From assembly GCA_038251045.1 (NCBI GenBank), contig JBBSBS010000001.1, forward strand, positions 1-56,914: a DNA stretch of 56,914 nucleotides. Reading direction: 5' to 3'. The translations under genes and the position numbers were made by a program. Positions 1 through 8,767 of this stretch are shown in pieces (the stretch's first letter is position 1; every line of letters begins with the position of its first letter). Source of the DNA: Aggregatilineales bacterium. Its GTDB lineage: Bacteria; Chloroflexota; Anaerolineae; Aggregatilineales; Phototrophicaceae. Under the pieces are notes generated by a model. That model saw nothing but the letters and a program-made list of their open reading frames with translations. It was not told the DNA's origin and made no database searches.

Positions 1-100
1 CGACCTGTACATTGTAGGGATTCCAGATCAGGCAACCCTGATCCGCCCAAAAATTGTGGAGTTTCATGATAACTTGTTGGAAATTAAGAGGTTTCGCCAT
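1..100 (-). CDS. glyQ: Glycine--tRNA ligase alpha subunit (or fused alpha/beta), 5' end only; runs off the window
   Basis: Not in the ORF track. Manual translation gives [33 protein letters not shown], the typical GlyQ N-terminus (FQ..I..L..FW...GC....PY..EVGAGT). Confidence 0.9.
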   Translation of the reverse strand, partial: MAKPLNFQQVIMKLHNFWADQGCLIWNPYNVQV

Positions 101-137
101 GTCTTTGCCTTATTTTCGGTTTGTATCAAGGTTATTT

Positions 138-166
138 ATTATAAAGAGTCGGCTGGCAGTTGGCGA
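138..166 (-). promoter_or_regulatory. Sigma70-type promoter of glyQ
   Basis: Minus strand TCGCCA-N17-TATAAT, about 38 nt upstream of the ATG. Confidence 0.55.
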
Positions 167-240
167 GGGGGCAAGATGAATATTACAAACATGAAAAATT
201 TGTAACAGTCATGTTATCGAACAAAACCTTAATTCAGTGT

Positions 241-254
241 TGTGAAAGTTCGCA
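241..254. promoter_or_regulatory. LacI-family operator-like palindrome
   Basis: TGTGAAAGTTCGCA fits TGNNANCGNTNNCA with one mismatch; similar site at 30683. Confidence 0.3.
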
Positions 255-334
255 TATCATCAATCTATAGGCCATTAGTACTAACTAAGTTCAACAATAA
301 TCGTTATTTGTAAGAGTTATCGAGGAGCTAAATT

Positions 335-634
335 ATGAGCACCCCCTCCACTCAACGACCTGCTTACTATGCCCGGCTCATTTGTGAACATATGAAGCGT
401 TTACCGAGCTTCTACGCGCCTGATTTGGATGAAGTCAAACAAGCGTTGGGACTTTCTGATCACGCTTTTAAAATGGGCATAGATTGGTGCATCTCCCGCA
501 AGATTATTGTGATGGACAGCAAGTCTCCCGTTACACCGGCGTTCAGCGCCAATGTTGAAGAAGAAGCCATGAAGGGCGACAGCACCCGTTTGAGTTCGAT
601 GCTGCGTTCACCGGCCTACGCAGAAGCCTCATAA
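335..634 (+). CDS. Small hypothetical protein, possibly winged-helix-like
   Basis: RBS GAGGAG and its own terminator; LDEVKQALGLSDHAFKMGIDWCISRKII resembles an HTH plus wing. Confidence 0.7.
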   Translation: MSTPSTQRPAYYARLICEHMKRLPSFYAPDLDEVKQALGLSDHAFKMGIDWCISRKIIVMDSKSPVTPAFSANVEEEAMKGDSTRLSSMLRSPAYAEAS

Positions 635-665
635 AGCACAATTGGTCTCGTCAAAGCACATTTTG

Positions 666-698
666 AGCGCGTAGTCTGTCGATTACGCGCTTTCTTTT
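666..698 (+). terminator. Intrinsic terminator
   Basis: AGCGCGTAGTC-TGTC-GATTACGCGCT followed by TTCTTTT. Confidence 0.85.
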
Positions 699-796
699 GC
701 AAGATTTACACATCCATAGTCCACAGACAACACTTTCATTACACCTCCAACATAACCTATTGTCAAAACCAAGCTGATTGATCAGGAGTAGCAATT

Positions 797-1678
797 ATGA
801 AGCGTGCCCATATCTTTTCAATACTTATCACGGGAATCGTGTTCAGTTTAATGCTGGTGTTGATGACCGGTACGGCTGCGGCACAGCGTCCCGGTCGCCC
901 AACACCGGTGGCTACGCTAGATCGCTCCAGCATCAACACGAACCGCACACCGATTGCTACGCCGAATGCAGCCCAGCCCACATTCCAGCGCCCCACTACG
1001 GGAAGCGCCTTGAGTATTGTTGTGCCGACTTTTAGCCTGCCGATCAACCTGACGCTGACCCCGCACGACACACTTTCACTAACGGGGGCTTCGGAAGAAG
1101 CAGCAACGGTGGTCAACAGTTTCGCCAGCAGCTACCTCGGCACATCCTACACTTTCCTCTACAGCGGCAGCCTGAGCGACAGCAACACATCAGAAAACTG
1201 GGATGCGATTATGGCGCAGCTACCCGCAAACATCCAATCATATATTACAACCTTCACGAGCGCGGCTGCGGGGAGTTATTGGGGTGCATTCCAAACCGGC
1301 ATCGGGATAGTCGCGGTCGGGGATTGCACAAATAACCCAACCTGTACCATCAACATGGACAACTTAAATGTGTACCTGACGAATGCATCAGCAGGTGTGT
1401 ACTCGACCTATACGGCAGATACGGTAGCAAGCGCCGGAGATGCGTTAAACCTGATACACGCGGTTTATCCGGAATTAAACGGGGTTGCGCTCCAAGCCAT
1501 TAGCAGCGATCAAGGATATGTGTTTCAGGCGGTTACTTATGCGACAGGTGTAAGCAGCACAAAACAGGTGACGGCTTCTTCAAAACTATACGCGGCAGGG
1601 GTCATCAACGCAGGGACGCAAGCGCTGGTATATGCGATAGTGGGCATCGGTGACGGTTATGTTGGGATGATGAACTAA
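797..1678 (+). CDS. Secreted hypothetical protein
   Basis: RBS AGGAG; signal peptide ending AAAQ; Pro/Thr-rich linker; CTNNPTC pair. Confidence 0.8.
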   Translation: MKRAHIFSILITGIVFSLMLVLMTGTAAAQRPGRPTPVATLDRSSINTNRTPIATPNAAQPTFQRPTTGSALSIVVPTFSLPINLTLTPHDTLSLTGASEEAATVVNSFASSYLGTSYTFLYSGSLSDSNTSENWDAIMAQLPANIQSYITTFTSAAAGSYWGAFQTGIGIVAVGDCTNNPTCTINMDNLNVYLTNASAGVYSTYTADTVASAGDALNLIHAVYPELNGVALQAISSDQGYVFQAVTYATGVSSTKQVTASSKLYAAGVINAGTQALVYAIVGIGDGYVGMMN

Positions 1679-1701
1679 GCGAATCATCCAATAAGGCTTT
1701 C

Positions 1702-1724
1702 GGGGAGAAACCTGAATTCTCCCC
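1702..1724. terminator. Hairpin or probable terminator
   Basis: GGGGAGAA-N7-TTCTCCCC between convergent reading frames. Confidence 0.5.
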
Positions 1725-1742
1725 ATCAGACTACGACTGCAA

Positions 1743-1895
1743 TTACCCCTGCGGTTCGCCTAATTCCACCGGATTAGCTTTTAACGCAACGAGCGCCATG
1801 AGAATACATGCGCCGCCGATAAGTTGAATCCCCGCCATTTGCTCACCCAAAAACAACATCGACTCGACTGCACTAAAGACGGAAATTAGCGTCAG
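1743..1895 (-). pseudogene. C-terminal remnant of an EamA/DMT transporter
   Basis: MLFLGEQMAGIQLIGGACILMALVAL matches DMT C-termini (compare LFLDEQMQSVQLIGGVFIVASVLVL in 31384-32364); the rest of the gene is absent. Confidence 0.6.
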
Positions 1896-2022
1896 GTAGA
1901 GGGCTTTGAATTCGGTTAGAATATGGGCGTAAAATGGATTGATTAAGAAGGCGGTTGCGAGAGATGCGGATTCGCCCTTACACTCAACATTATTACATTG
2001 CACAAGCGGTAATTGACTATTC

Positions 2023-2496
2023 ATGATCTACGAAATTCACCTATACGTACCTAAAACCAATCAACTGACCCCTGCCATGCTGGAATGGTTATTCGAGCAT
2101 GGGCAAAGTACCAGCCAACCGGAAGCCTTCTGGCCTGTGCGGAAAATCCGGCAAAAGGGATTGGCGCGGATGATGCTGAAACTTGATCCGACACTGATTC
2201 CGGTGCGGGGACCGACGAACGATGTGGAACTGCATTACCCGAATAAGGACCTCGGCATCGTGCTGTATATTCATGACCGTGGGGCGATTTTGTTCTTCCC
2301 GTATATGGCGTACGGCATTTACTCGCGGATTGTGATCGGCATTTGCTATACGTACATCCGGTATCTGTACGATGCGGTGGGGTTCTGGAGTTATGATCCG
2401 CAGCTTGATGTGCTGTCGTTCGCAGATGATTTTCAGTCGATTGAGGACACCGCGCAGTTGATGGACGCGATCATGCCGAAGCTGTTGGGCGGATGA
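2023..2496 (+). CDS. Hypothetical protein
   Basis: 157-aa ORF with coding-like codon usage, collinear with downstream genes. Confidence 0.75.
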   Translation: MIYEIHLYVPKTNQLTPAMLEWLFEHGQSTSQPEAFWPVRKIRQKGLARMMLKLDPTLIPVRGPTNDVELHYPNKDLGIVLYIHDRGAILFFPYMAYGIYSRIVIGICYTYIRYLYDAVGFWSYDPQLDVLSFADDFQSIEDTAQLMDAIMPKLLGG

Positions 2497-2509
2497 CACA
2501 AATTCAGGA

Positions 2510-2550
2510 TTAACCACAGAGACACAGAGAACGCAGAGGAATACAAAGAA
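2510..2550 (+). repeat. Short periodic repeat TTAACCACAGAGACACAGAGAA, copy 1
   Basis: 22 bp (2510-2531) identical to 3175-3196; internal CACAGAG/CGCAGAG units with 8-9 nt period. Confidence 0.85.
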
Positions 2551-2558
2551 GGTTTTAT

Positions 2559-3161
2559 ATGCTGGGTTTACTAGATTACCGGAAGCAGGTACATGAGATA
2601 TACCGGAACGTCCGGCTGGCGGAGGGTGATCCGGCGGCATGGGTCGAGTTTCGTAGTAAGCGAGATGACCTGTTCCGCAATCATCCACAATCGGCGTTGA
2701 ATGGTGAGCAGCAGGCGGGATTCGTGGCGCTAAAGTATTACGATTATGATCGGGCATTTCGCGTGATGGCGAAGGTGGAACTGGATGTCGAGCCGGAAAC
2801 GGTGGTGATTGAATTGGAAGGCGATGGGCGCTTTTCGTATCGACGCTTCGGGCAGGTGACGTTCACTTTGCCGACCGGAACGGGGCGACTGAGCCTATTC
2901 TGGATTAACGGTTATGGCGGTGGTGTGTTTCTGCCGTTCGGTGACGTGACCAACCGACAGACGACATATGGCGCTGGACGTTATTTATACGACACGATCA
3001 AAGGGGCTGATTTGGGGGCGACGCTGGACAGCTTGGTGCTGGATTTCAATTACGCGTATAACCCATCATGTGCTTACAACGAGCGCTGGGTATGCCCGCT
3101 CGCACCGCGTGAAAACCGGCTGCTCTTCCCAATTCCGGTAGGGGAACAAGTTTGGGCGTAA
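2559..3161 (+). CDS. DUF1684 family protein
   Basis: RDDLFRNHPQSAL, F.D.TN..TTYGAGRYL and LDFNYAYNPSCAYN..W.CPLAP.EN.L motifs. Confidence 0.9.
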   Translation: MLGLLDYRKQVHEIYRNVRLAEGDPAAWVEFRSKRDDLFRNHPQSALNGEQQAGFVALKYYDYDRAFRVMAKVELDVEPETVVIELEGDGRFSYRRFGQVTFTLPTGTGRLSLFWINGYGGGVFLPFGDVTNRQTTYGAGRYLYDTIKGADLGATLDSLVLDFNYAYNPSCAYNERWVCPLAPRENRLLFPIPVGEQVWA

Positions 3162-3174
3162 GGCAAAATACAAT

Positions 3175-3205
3175 TTAACCACAGAGACACAGAGAAAGCG
3201 GAGAT
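3175..3205 (+). repeat. Short periodic repeat TTAACCACAGAGACACAGAGAA, copy 2
   Basis: Identical 22-mer to 2510-2531. Confidence 0.85.
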
Positions 3206-3275
3206 AGTTTTCCATAGACATTTAGGGTGCGAAATGTCATGATTAGACCTGCCGTAAGATGAGTAATGAGATGAC

Positions 3276-4283
3276 ATGACGCAAATATTAGAAGCACCTG
3301 TACAAGCGGCTTTACGCCCGATGTGGATTGGTAATGTATATGTTGAAACGCCGCTAACGCTGGCTCCGATGGCGGGGCAGACGAACCACGCCTTCCGCAC
3401 GATGTGCCGTGAGATGGGCGACTGCGGGTTGGTCTGCACCGAATTGATTAGCAGCCAAGCTATTCATTATAAAAACAGAAAGTCGCAGCACTATTTCGAC
3501 TGGACGGAGGCCGAGCGCCCATTTGCGGTGCAGCTATTCGGTAATGATCCAGCGATTATGGCGGAGGCGGCGCGGATGGTGGTTGACCTCGGCGCGAATA
3601 TCGTGGACATCAACATGGGCTGCTGGGTTCCGAAGGTCGTCAAAAAAGGTGGCGGCGCGGCGATGCTGGCGGACATCTGTAACGCGACATGGGTGGTGGA
3701 AGCGATTGTGAAAGCCGTGAACGTGCCGGTGACGGTGAAGGTGCGTACCGGATTAGACCCGGAGCATATTACGGCGATTGAGTTCGCAAAAGTAGCGGAA
3801 CAATCCGGCGTGAAGGCGATTGCCGTCCACGGACGAACGGCATCGCAGGGGTTCACCGGCAGCGCTAATTGGGACATCATCCGGCAGGTTAAGGAAGCGG
3901 TAAGCATACCCGTGATTGGCAACGGTGATGTGAAAAATGCAGCGGATGCGGCACGGATGCTGACGGAAACTGGCTGCGACGGAGTGATGATCGGGCGGGC
4001 GGCGCTGGGCAACCCGTGGCTGTTCCGCGAGATCGCACACGAAATCCGCACAGGCGAAGTGCTGGCTACACCCACATCATCCGAACGGGCAGCGGCAGCT
4101 TTGCGCCATGCGCGATTGAGTGTTGAAGTTAGTGACATTGGTGAACGACAGACTATTTTTGAACTGCGCGGACAGTTGACCAAATATCATCTTGGCGTGC
4201 AGGGGGCAGCATCTGTACGCGAACGGTTGGTTTTCGCGGAAACGCTGGCGGATGTCGAGGCGATATTGGAGCCATTTTTGTGA
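3276..4283 (+). CDS. dusB: tRNA-dihydrouridine synthase B
   Basis: LAPMAG, VQLFG, DINMGC, VTVKVRTG, VHGRT, IGNGDV and GVMIGRAALGNPWLF motifs. Confidence 0.93.
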   Translation: MTQILEAPVQAALRPMWIGNVYVETPLTLAPMAGQTNHAFRTMCREMGDCGLVCTELISSQAIHYKNRKSQHYFDWTEAERPFAVQLFGNDPAIMAEAARMVVDLGANIVDINMGCWVPKVVKKGGGAAMLADICNATWVVEAIVKAVNVPVTVKVRTGLDPEHITAIEFAKVAEQSGVKAIAVHGRTASQGFTGSANWDIIRQVKEAVSIPVIGNGDVKNAADAARMLTETGCDGVMIGRAALGNPWLFREIAHEIRTGEVLATPTSSERAAAALRHARLSVEVSDIGERQTIFELRGQLTKYHLGVQGAASVRERLVFAETLADVEAILEPFL

Positions 4284-6256
4284 GACTCATTCAACGTATA
4301 TCTCGCCACAAAGGGTTGAGTACCGCCCATCCTGAATCCCCACCCCAACCCTCCCCCGCAAGCGGAGGGGGTCAAGCAAACCAGAATCACTATTTCCAGT
4401 GGCTAATTCAAAAACGTCTTGTTCCACACCACATTATAGGTGGACGAGGCTGGCGAATTTTATTCGTGCTGCTAGCTGTGGGGCTGGCAGGGTGCGGGGG
4501 ATTGAGCGGCGAGCCGCAGATTGTGGCGACGCTGCCGCCGGTCATAGAGACGATTGAACTGCCGACTACGCCGCCTGATCTGGCGATGGGAGCGACAATA
4601 TTTGCCGAGCGCTGCACACGCTGTCATGGGGTAAGCGGTGCGGGTGACGGCGAATTGATCGGCAGTGGGCCGAACCAGATTGGTAATCATCCACGCAGCT
4701 TTCAGGACGCGGCAACGAGTGCTGACCAGACACCGCTGACATGGTACGAGACGATTACCAACGGGAGCATCCAAAACATGATGCCCCCGTGGAAAGACGC
4801 GCTAACAGCGGAAGAACGGTGGGCGGTTGCCCTGTATACGTACACGCTGCATTATGGACAGGCCGATATTCAGGCGGGTCGTGATTTGATGGCGGGTACG
4901 GCGGTCGCTGCCGCCAGCCTACCTTCGCTTGAAAATGCGGTCACCCTGACGGATGCGGAATTGATTACAGACGTGGGGCTGCCGGGTGCGTTCATTCAAA
5001 GTTTGAGTGAAGCGCAACGGGGCGAGGTGGCGGCTTATTTGCGTTCACTGACAGTAGCACATGCCGAGGAAATGGGTGAGATTACGTCTGCACCGCTGGT
5101 CACAGCAGAACCGCAAGTGACTCCAGAGGTTACCGAGCAAGCGGCAGTGGTTGGGACGGGGACGGTCAGCGGGACAGTGACGAATGGGACGGCGGGCGAA
5201 TCGCTGACGGATGACATGACCGCCAATCTGTATGTCGTGACCTCACAGGGAGCGCTAGCACCGGTTGAAGCGCACATAGAATCAGATGGACGTTTTGCGT
5301 TTGCGAATGTTGATTTGCGTGCTGACCAGCAGTATGTGGTGACGACCAAGTTCAAGGGACGGGCATTCGGCAGCGATGCCAAAGCGGGTGACCCGACGAC
5401 CAATACACTCGATTTACCGATCACCGTTTATGAAACGACGGATGATGCGTCGGTGCTGAATATTTCGACGTGGGAATTGCAAGTACAAATCGTTGGCAAC
5501 ATGCTACAAGTGATTAATTTCATCAAGTTCACTAACAGCAGTGACCGTGCGTATTCAACCAACGATATGGTGGATGACAAACGATTTGCCGGAGTGCAAA
5601 TCCCCGTACCAAATGGGGCGCAAATTTTGAGCGCAAATGTGAGCAATTCAAGATACACGATAAGTGCTGATGGGCACAACGTAATTGATATTGCATCGGT
5701 AATACCTGGCGAGACTTATACGTTCCAAATGGTTTATCTGCTGCCTTATCAGGGCGATCTACAAATTGAGCAGCCTGTTTCCTATACCTTTAACGGTGCT
5801 TACATCTTATTGGTCAACGTACCGAACGCAAGCATCACTTCAGATATTTTAAAAGTACTTGGTCCACAAGATTTAAATGGAGTGCAATATCAAGGTTATG
5901 GGGCGGCTGTCAACCTAAAGTCAGGTGACAAAATCACATATACCATAAAAGGCGGCGTAACTCCCAGTTCAACGACGGGGACAGTCATCAGCGCGGATCA
6001 ACTGGTACCACTGCTGTTCATTTTTGTGGGGTTGATCGCGATTCTAGCGGCAGGTGTGTTGTATATGGGGAAAAACCGTGCGCTCACGGTGCGGCGGGGA
6101 AATGATGATCCCAACGATGTACTGGTTGACGGCTTGATTCAACAAATTGCCGAGGTGGATGAGGCTTACAACACGGGCAAGCTGGATGAAGCGACCTACA
6201 TCAAGCGGCGTGAACGGTTGAAAGCACGGTTAGCGACATTGATTGATGAGGGATAG
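4280..6256 (+). CDS. Membrane-anchored c-type cytochrome lipoprotein with beta-sandwich domains and a C-terminal TM plus SHOCT/CcmI-like tail; true start uncertain
   Basis: Lipobox LAGC; CTRCHG heme motif with MPPW axial Met; GTVSGTVTNGT Ig-like domain; C-terminal TM then LIQQIAEVDEAYNTGKLDEATY. Confidence 0.85.
   Translation: MRLIQRISRHKGLSTAHPESPPQPSPASGGGQANQNHYFQWLIQKRLVPHHIIGGRGWRILFVLLAVGLAGCGGLSGEPQIVATLPPVIETIELPTTPPDLAMGATIFAERCTRCHGVSGAGDGELIGSGPNQIGNHPRSFQDAATSADQTPLTWYETITNGSIQNMMPPWKDALTAEERWAVALYTYTLHYGQADIQAGRDLMAGTAVAAASLPSLENAVTLTDAELITDVGLPGAFIQSLSEAQRGEVAAYLRSLTVAHAEEMGEITSAPLVTAEPQVTPEVTEQAAVVGTGTVSGTVTNGTAGESLTDDMTANLYVVTSQGALAPVEAHIESDGRFAFANVDLRADQQYVVTTKFKGRAFGSDAKAGDPTTNTLDLPITVYETTDDASVLNISTWELQVQIVGNMLQVINFIKFTNSSDRAYSTNDMVDDKRFAGVQIPVPNGAQILSANVSNSRYTISADGHNVIDIASVIPGETYTFQMVYLLPYQGDLQIEQPVSYTFNGAYILLVNVPNASITSDILKVLGPQDLNGVQYQGYGAAVNLKSGDKITYTIKGGVTPSSTTGTVISADQLVPLLFIFVGLIAILAAGVLYMGKNRALTVRRGNDDPNDVLVDGLIQQIAEVDEAYNTGKLDEATYIKRRERLKARLATLIDEG
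4338..4372. repeat. REP-like palindromic element
   Basis: CCCCACCCCAACCCTCCCCCGCAAGCGGAGGGGGT, a CCC-rich arm plus CCGC-AA-GCGG hairpin of a widespread interspersed repeat type. Confidence 0.65.
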
Positions 6257-6352
6257 TCGTAGGATCGCAGGGTGCAAAGACGCAGAAAAAAACGAAGCGG
6301 ATTGAGCATATTATCAGCATAGAAATCGTCGGGTTGTTATGTGAGGGAAATC

Positions 6353-7396
6353 ATGAGTTTAGATTTTTTGAAGCAGTTGTTGAATGCGCCGGGGCCTTCA
6401 TCACAGGAGGTTGCGCCGGCGCGGGTGTGGCGGGATGAGGCGGCGACATTCGCAGATGATGTGCTGACGGATGTGCGTGGCAATTCGTTCGCAGTGCTGA
6501 AGGGTGGCGCGGTGCGTGTGCTGCTGGCAGGACATATTGATGAAATCGGCCTGATCGTCAGCTACATTGATGATGACGGATTCCTGTCATTTGCGGGCAT
6601 TGGCGGCTGGGATGCACAAGTGCTGGTCGGGCAGCGCATCCGGCTGCTGGGCAAAATGGGTGATGTCATCGGCGTGATTGGCAAGAAGCCGATCCACTTG
6701 ATGAAGAAGGATGAAGGCACGAGCACGATTGAGGATTTGTGGATTGATATTGGTGTGACCAGCCGAGCAGCGGCATTGGAAGTCGTGCGAATCGGGACTG
6801 TGGGTGTGATCGACGCGGCGATGTACGAACTGCCGAACGGGCGGATTGTCTCGCGCAGTGTTGATAACCGGATCGGGGCGTACACGGTGTTGGAAGCGCT
6901 GCGGTTGCTATCACAGAATCGTCCGGTAGCTACAGTAGCGGCAGTGGCAACGGCACAGGAAGAAATCACCTTTGCGGGGGCGCATACAGCGGCGTTCAGT
7001 TTTGAACCGGACGCGGCGATTGTAGTGGATGTGACCCACGCGACCGATTATCCAACGGCGAATAAGAAACAGGCCGGTGAGGCTAAACTGGGTGGCGGGC
7101 CAGCAATTGCGGCGGGTTCGGTCAACAGCACAGTAGTGCATCAGCGGCTGTTGGATTTGGCAGAAACCGAAGGCATCCCATATACGGTCAAGGTCAATGC
7201 GGCGCGTTCAGGAACGGATGGCGATGTGATGCAGTTCGCGCGGGGCGGTGTGGCATTGGGCGTGGTTTCTATCCCCAACCGTTATATGCACTCGCCCAAC
7301 GAGATGATCCAAATGAGTGATGTGGAACAAGCAGCGCGGTTGATCGCAGCGTTCGTGCGTTCGCTGACAGCCGATACCGACTTTATACCGCGATAG
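6353..7396 (+). CDS. M42 family metallo-aminopeptidase
   Basis: GHIDEIG, DNRIG, QEEI, GTDGD and RYMHSPNE metal-ligand motifs; RBS GAGGGA before ATG 6353. Confidence 0.93.
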   Translation: MSLDFLKQLLNAPGPSSQEVAPARVWRDEAATFADDVLTDVRGNSFAVLKGGAVRVLLAGHIDEIGLIVSYIDDDGFLSFAGIGGWDAQVLVGQRIRLLGKMGDVIGVIGKKPIHLMKKDEGTSTIEDLWIDIGVTSRAAALEVVRIGTVGVIDAAMYELPNGRIVSRSVDNRIGAYTVLEALRLLSQNRPVATVAAVATAQEEITFAGAHTAAFSFEPDAAIVVDVTHATDYPTANKKQAGEAKLGGGPAIAAGSVNSTVVHQRLLDLAETEGIPYTVKVNAARSGTDGDVMQFARGGVALGVVSIPNRYMHSPNEMIQMSDVEQAARLIAAFVRSLTADTDFIPR

Positions 7397-7404
7397 GAGC
7401 GATT

Positions 7405-7860
7405 ATGGGTTACTTCATGCGCTATATTCTGGCAGATGCGCGACCTATCAACTTCGCCTTGATTGGTGAGACGCTGGCGGTTCTTGACCCGCTGTACAGT
7501 CTGCGAGCAACCGATCTCGACGAGTTGGTCGAGGTGTTATACGACGACCAATTGTATGGGCAGATCGAGATCGATGTGCCGGGTGATGAACTATTTGACG
7601 ATGACCTGAGCGCATTTACAGAAATGTTGGGCGAAACAACTGGCGCAGAAGAACAACTTGTCGCAGAAATACTCAGCGAGGCAACACAGATTCTAGCCGT
7701 TGAGATGTTCTGGGAAGGCGAGAATTCTGAAGCGACCTATGCCCGGTTCGACCCGTTGTGGATATGGTTGTTCGCTAATCGGCGCGGTGTATTGCAGGCT
7801 GACAGCGAAGGTTTTTACGGCGCAAGCGGGTTGTTGGCAGAGCGCAAGTTTATGCTGTGA
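7405..7860 (+). CDS. Acidic hypothetical protein
   Basis: RBS AGGAG, directly after the M42 gene. Confidence 0.75.
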   Translation: MGYFMRYILADARPINFALIGETLAVLDPLYSLRATDLDELVEVLYDDQLYGQIEIDVPGDELFDDDLSAFTEMLGETTGAEEQLVAEILSEATQILAVEMFWEGENSEATYARFDPLWIWLFANRRGVLQADSEGFYGASGLLAERKFML

Positions 7861-7865
7861 GCCGG

Positions 7866-8516
7866 TTATTCACAGGCAGTACGTCCGGTGGTGCGGCAGA
7901 AGGAATAAATGGTTTCATCGGTACGAGCATATTCAGCAATCAACGGATACGAATAGGTGAAATCTTGAGGGGCGGTATTATGACAGAGGAAGCAGATGTT
8001 GAGGCTTTCGTCATAATCCGCACCTGTTTTGGTATCGAATGAGCCAAAATTCCAGCCGCCGCTGCGAGCATCACTGGTAAAGTCAGCCGATGACCAATCG
8101 GTGCGTTTTTCACGGACATGAATAAAAGGCATGGGTTCGCCTTTGACATAATGCCCATTTGAATCGGTCACATAACTTCCATCTGCATTTTCAACAGCAT
8201 AATAACCTTCTACGACCATGACTGAATTGGCAGGCAGGACATGATTGTATTTCACGGCATTTAGGCCAACGGGATTGATGTAGAGATCACGAATCGTACC
8301 ATCCGGACGCTGGATAGTCGAATAGAGGGTGAAGTCCTGACGATAGCTGCGCGGATATTGAACACCGGGAGGGCGAGGTTCTGGCGGCACAAAAAGATTA
8401 GAGCCGGAGTTGGCAATAAAGACTACCAACAACGGGATCAATATTACAGCAGCAAGGCCGATTAAGGTGCGATTGGTGAAGATGGGCGAACGATTCATTT
8501 GCCTATTGTGGCTCAA
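7866..8516 (-). CDS. Cytochrome P460 / cytochrome c'-beta family protein
   Basis: N-terminal TM; YP..YR, R.LYIN, LP..SV.V.E, H.REKR, GGWNFGSF and C-terminal CFLCH..A..DFTYS. Confidence 0.8.
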   Translation of the reverse strand: MSHNRQMNRSPIFTNRTLIGLAAVILIPLLVVFIANSGSNLFVPPEPRPPGVQYPRSYRQDFTLYSTIQRPDGTIRDLYINPVGLNAVKYNHVLPANSVMVVEGYYAVENADGSYVTDSNGHYVKGEPMPFIHVREKRTDWSSADFTSDARSGGWNFGSFDTKTGADYDESLNICFLCHNTAPQDFTYSYPLIAEYARTDETIYSFCRTTGRTACE

Positions 8517-8672
8517 ATTACTTACAAAAGTCTATCCTGTGGTTGCTGCTTCTCATGAACTCCCAAGCCATTTTCCCACAGCGGCACAAATTCAAATCGC
8601 CAAATATGGGGTTGATAGAAATCTGGATATAATCAGCATATCGATCAAACAGCGGCACGGAGGCACGAACTT

Positions 8673-8741
8673 ATGCTCCCCTTTCAAGTGACCAGCACAT
8701 TTTCAAACGTCAACTTCTTTCATCTCCCACAACTTGAATAA
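8673..8741 (+). CDS. Putative 22-aa leader peptide MLPFQVTSTFSNVNFFHLPQLE
   Basis: GGAGG RBS upstream; TATAAT at about 8627; ends 26 nt before the methyltransferase ATG. Confidence 0.35.
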   Translation: MLPFQVTSTFSNVNFFHLPQLE

Positions 8742-8767
8742 ACTCGATATCAAAGGAGCAATCTCCT

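Noticed and set aside
101-334. T-box riboswitch upstream of glyQ
   Set aside because: The promoter lies only ~38 nt from the ATG; no T-box motif or terminator is visible
2510-3196. The 22-bp repeats as a CRISPR array
   Set aside because: Only two copies 665 bp apart enclosing a gene; no cas genes
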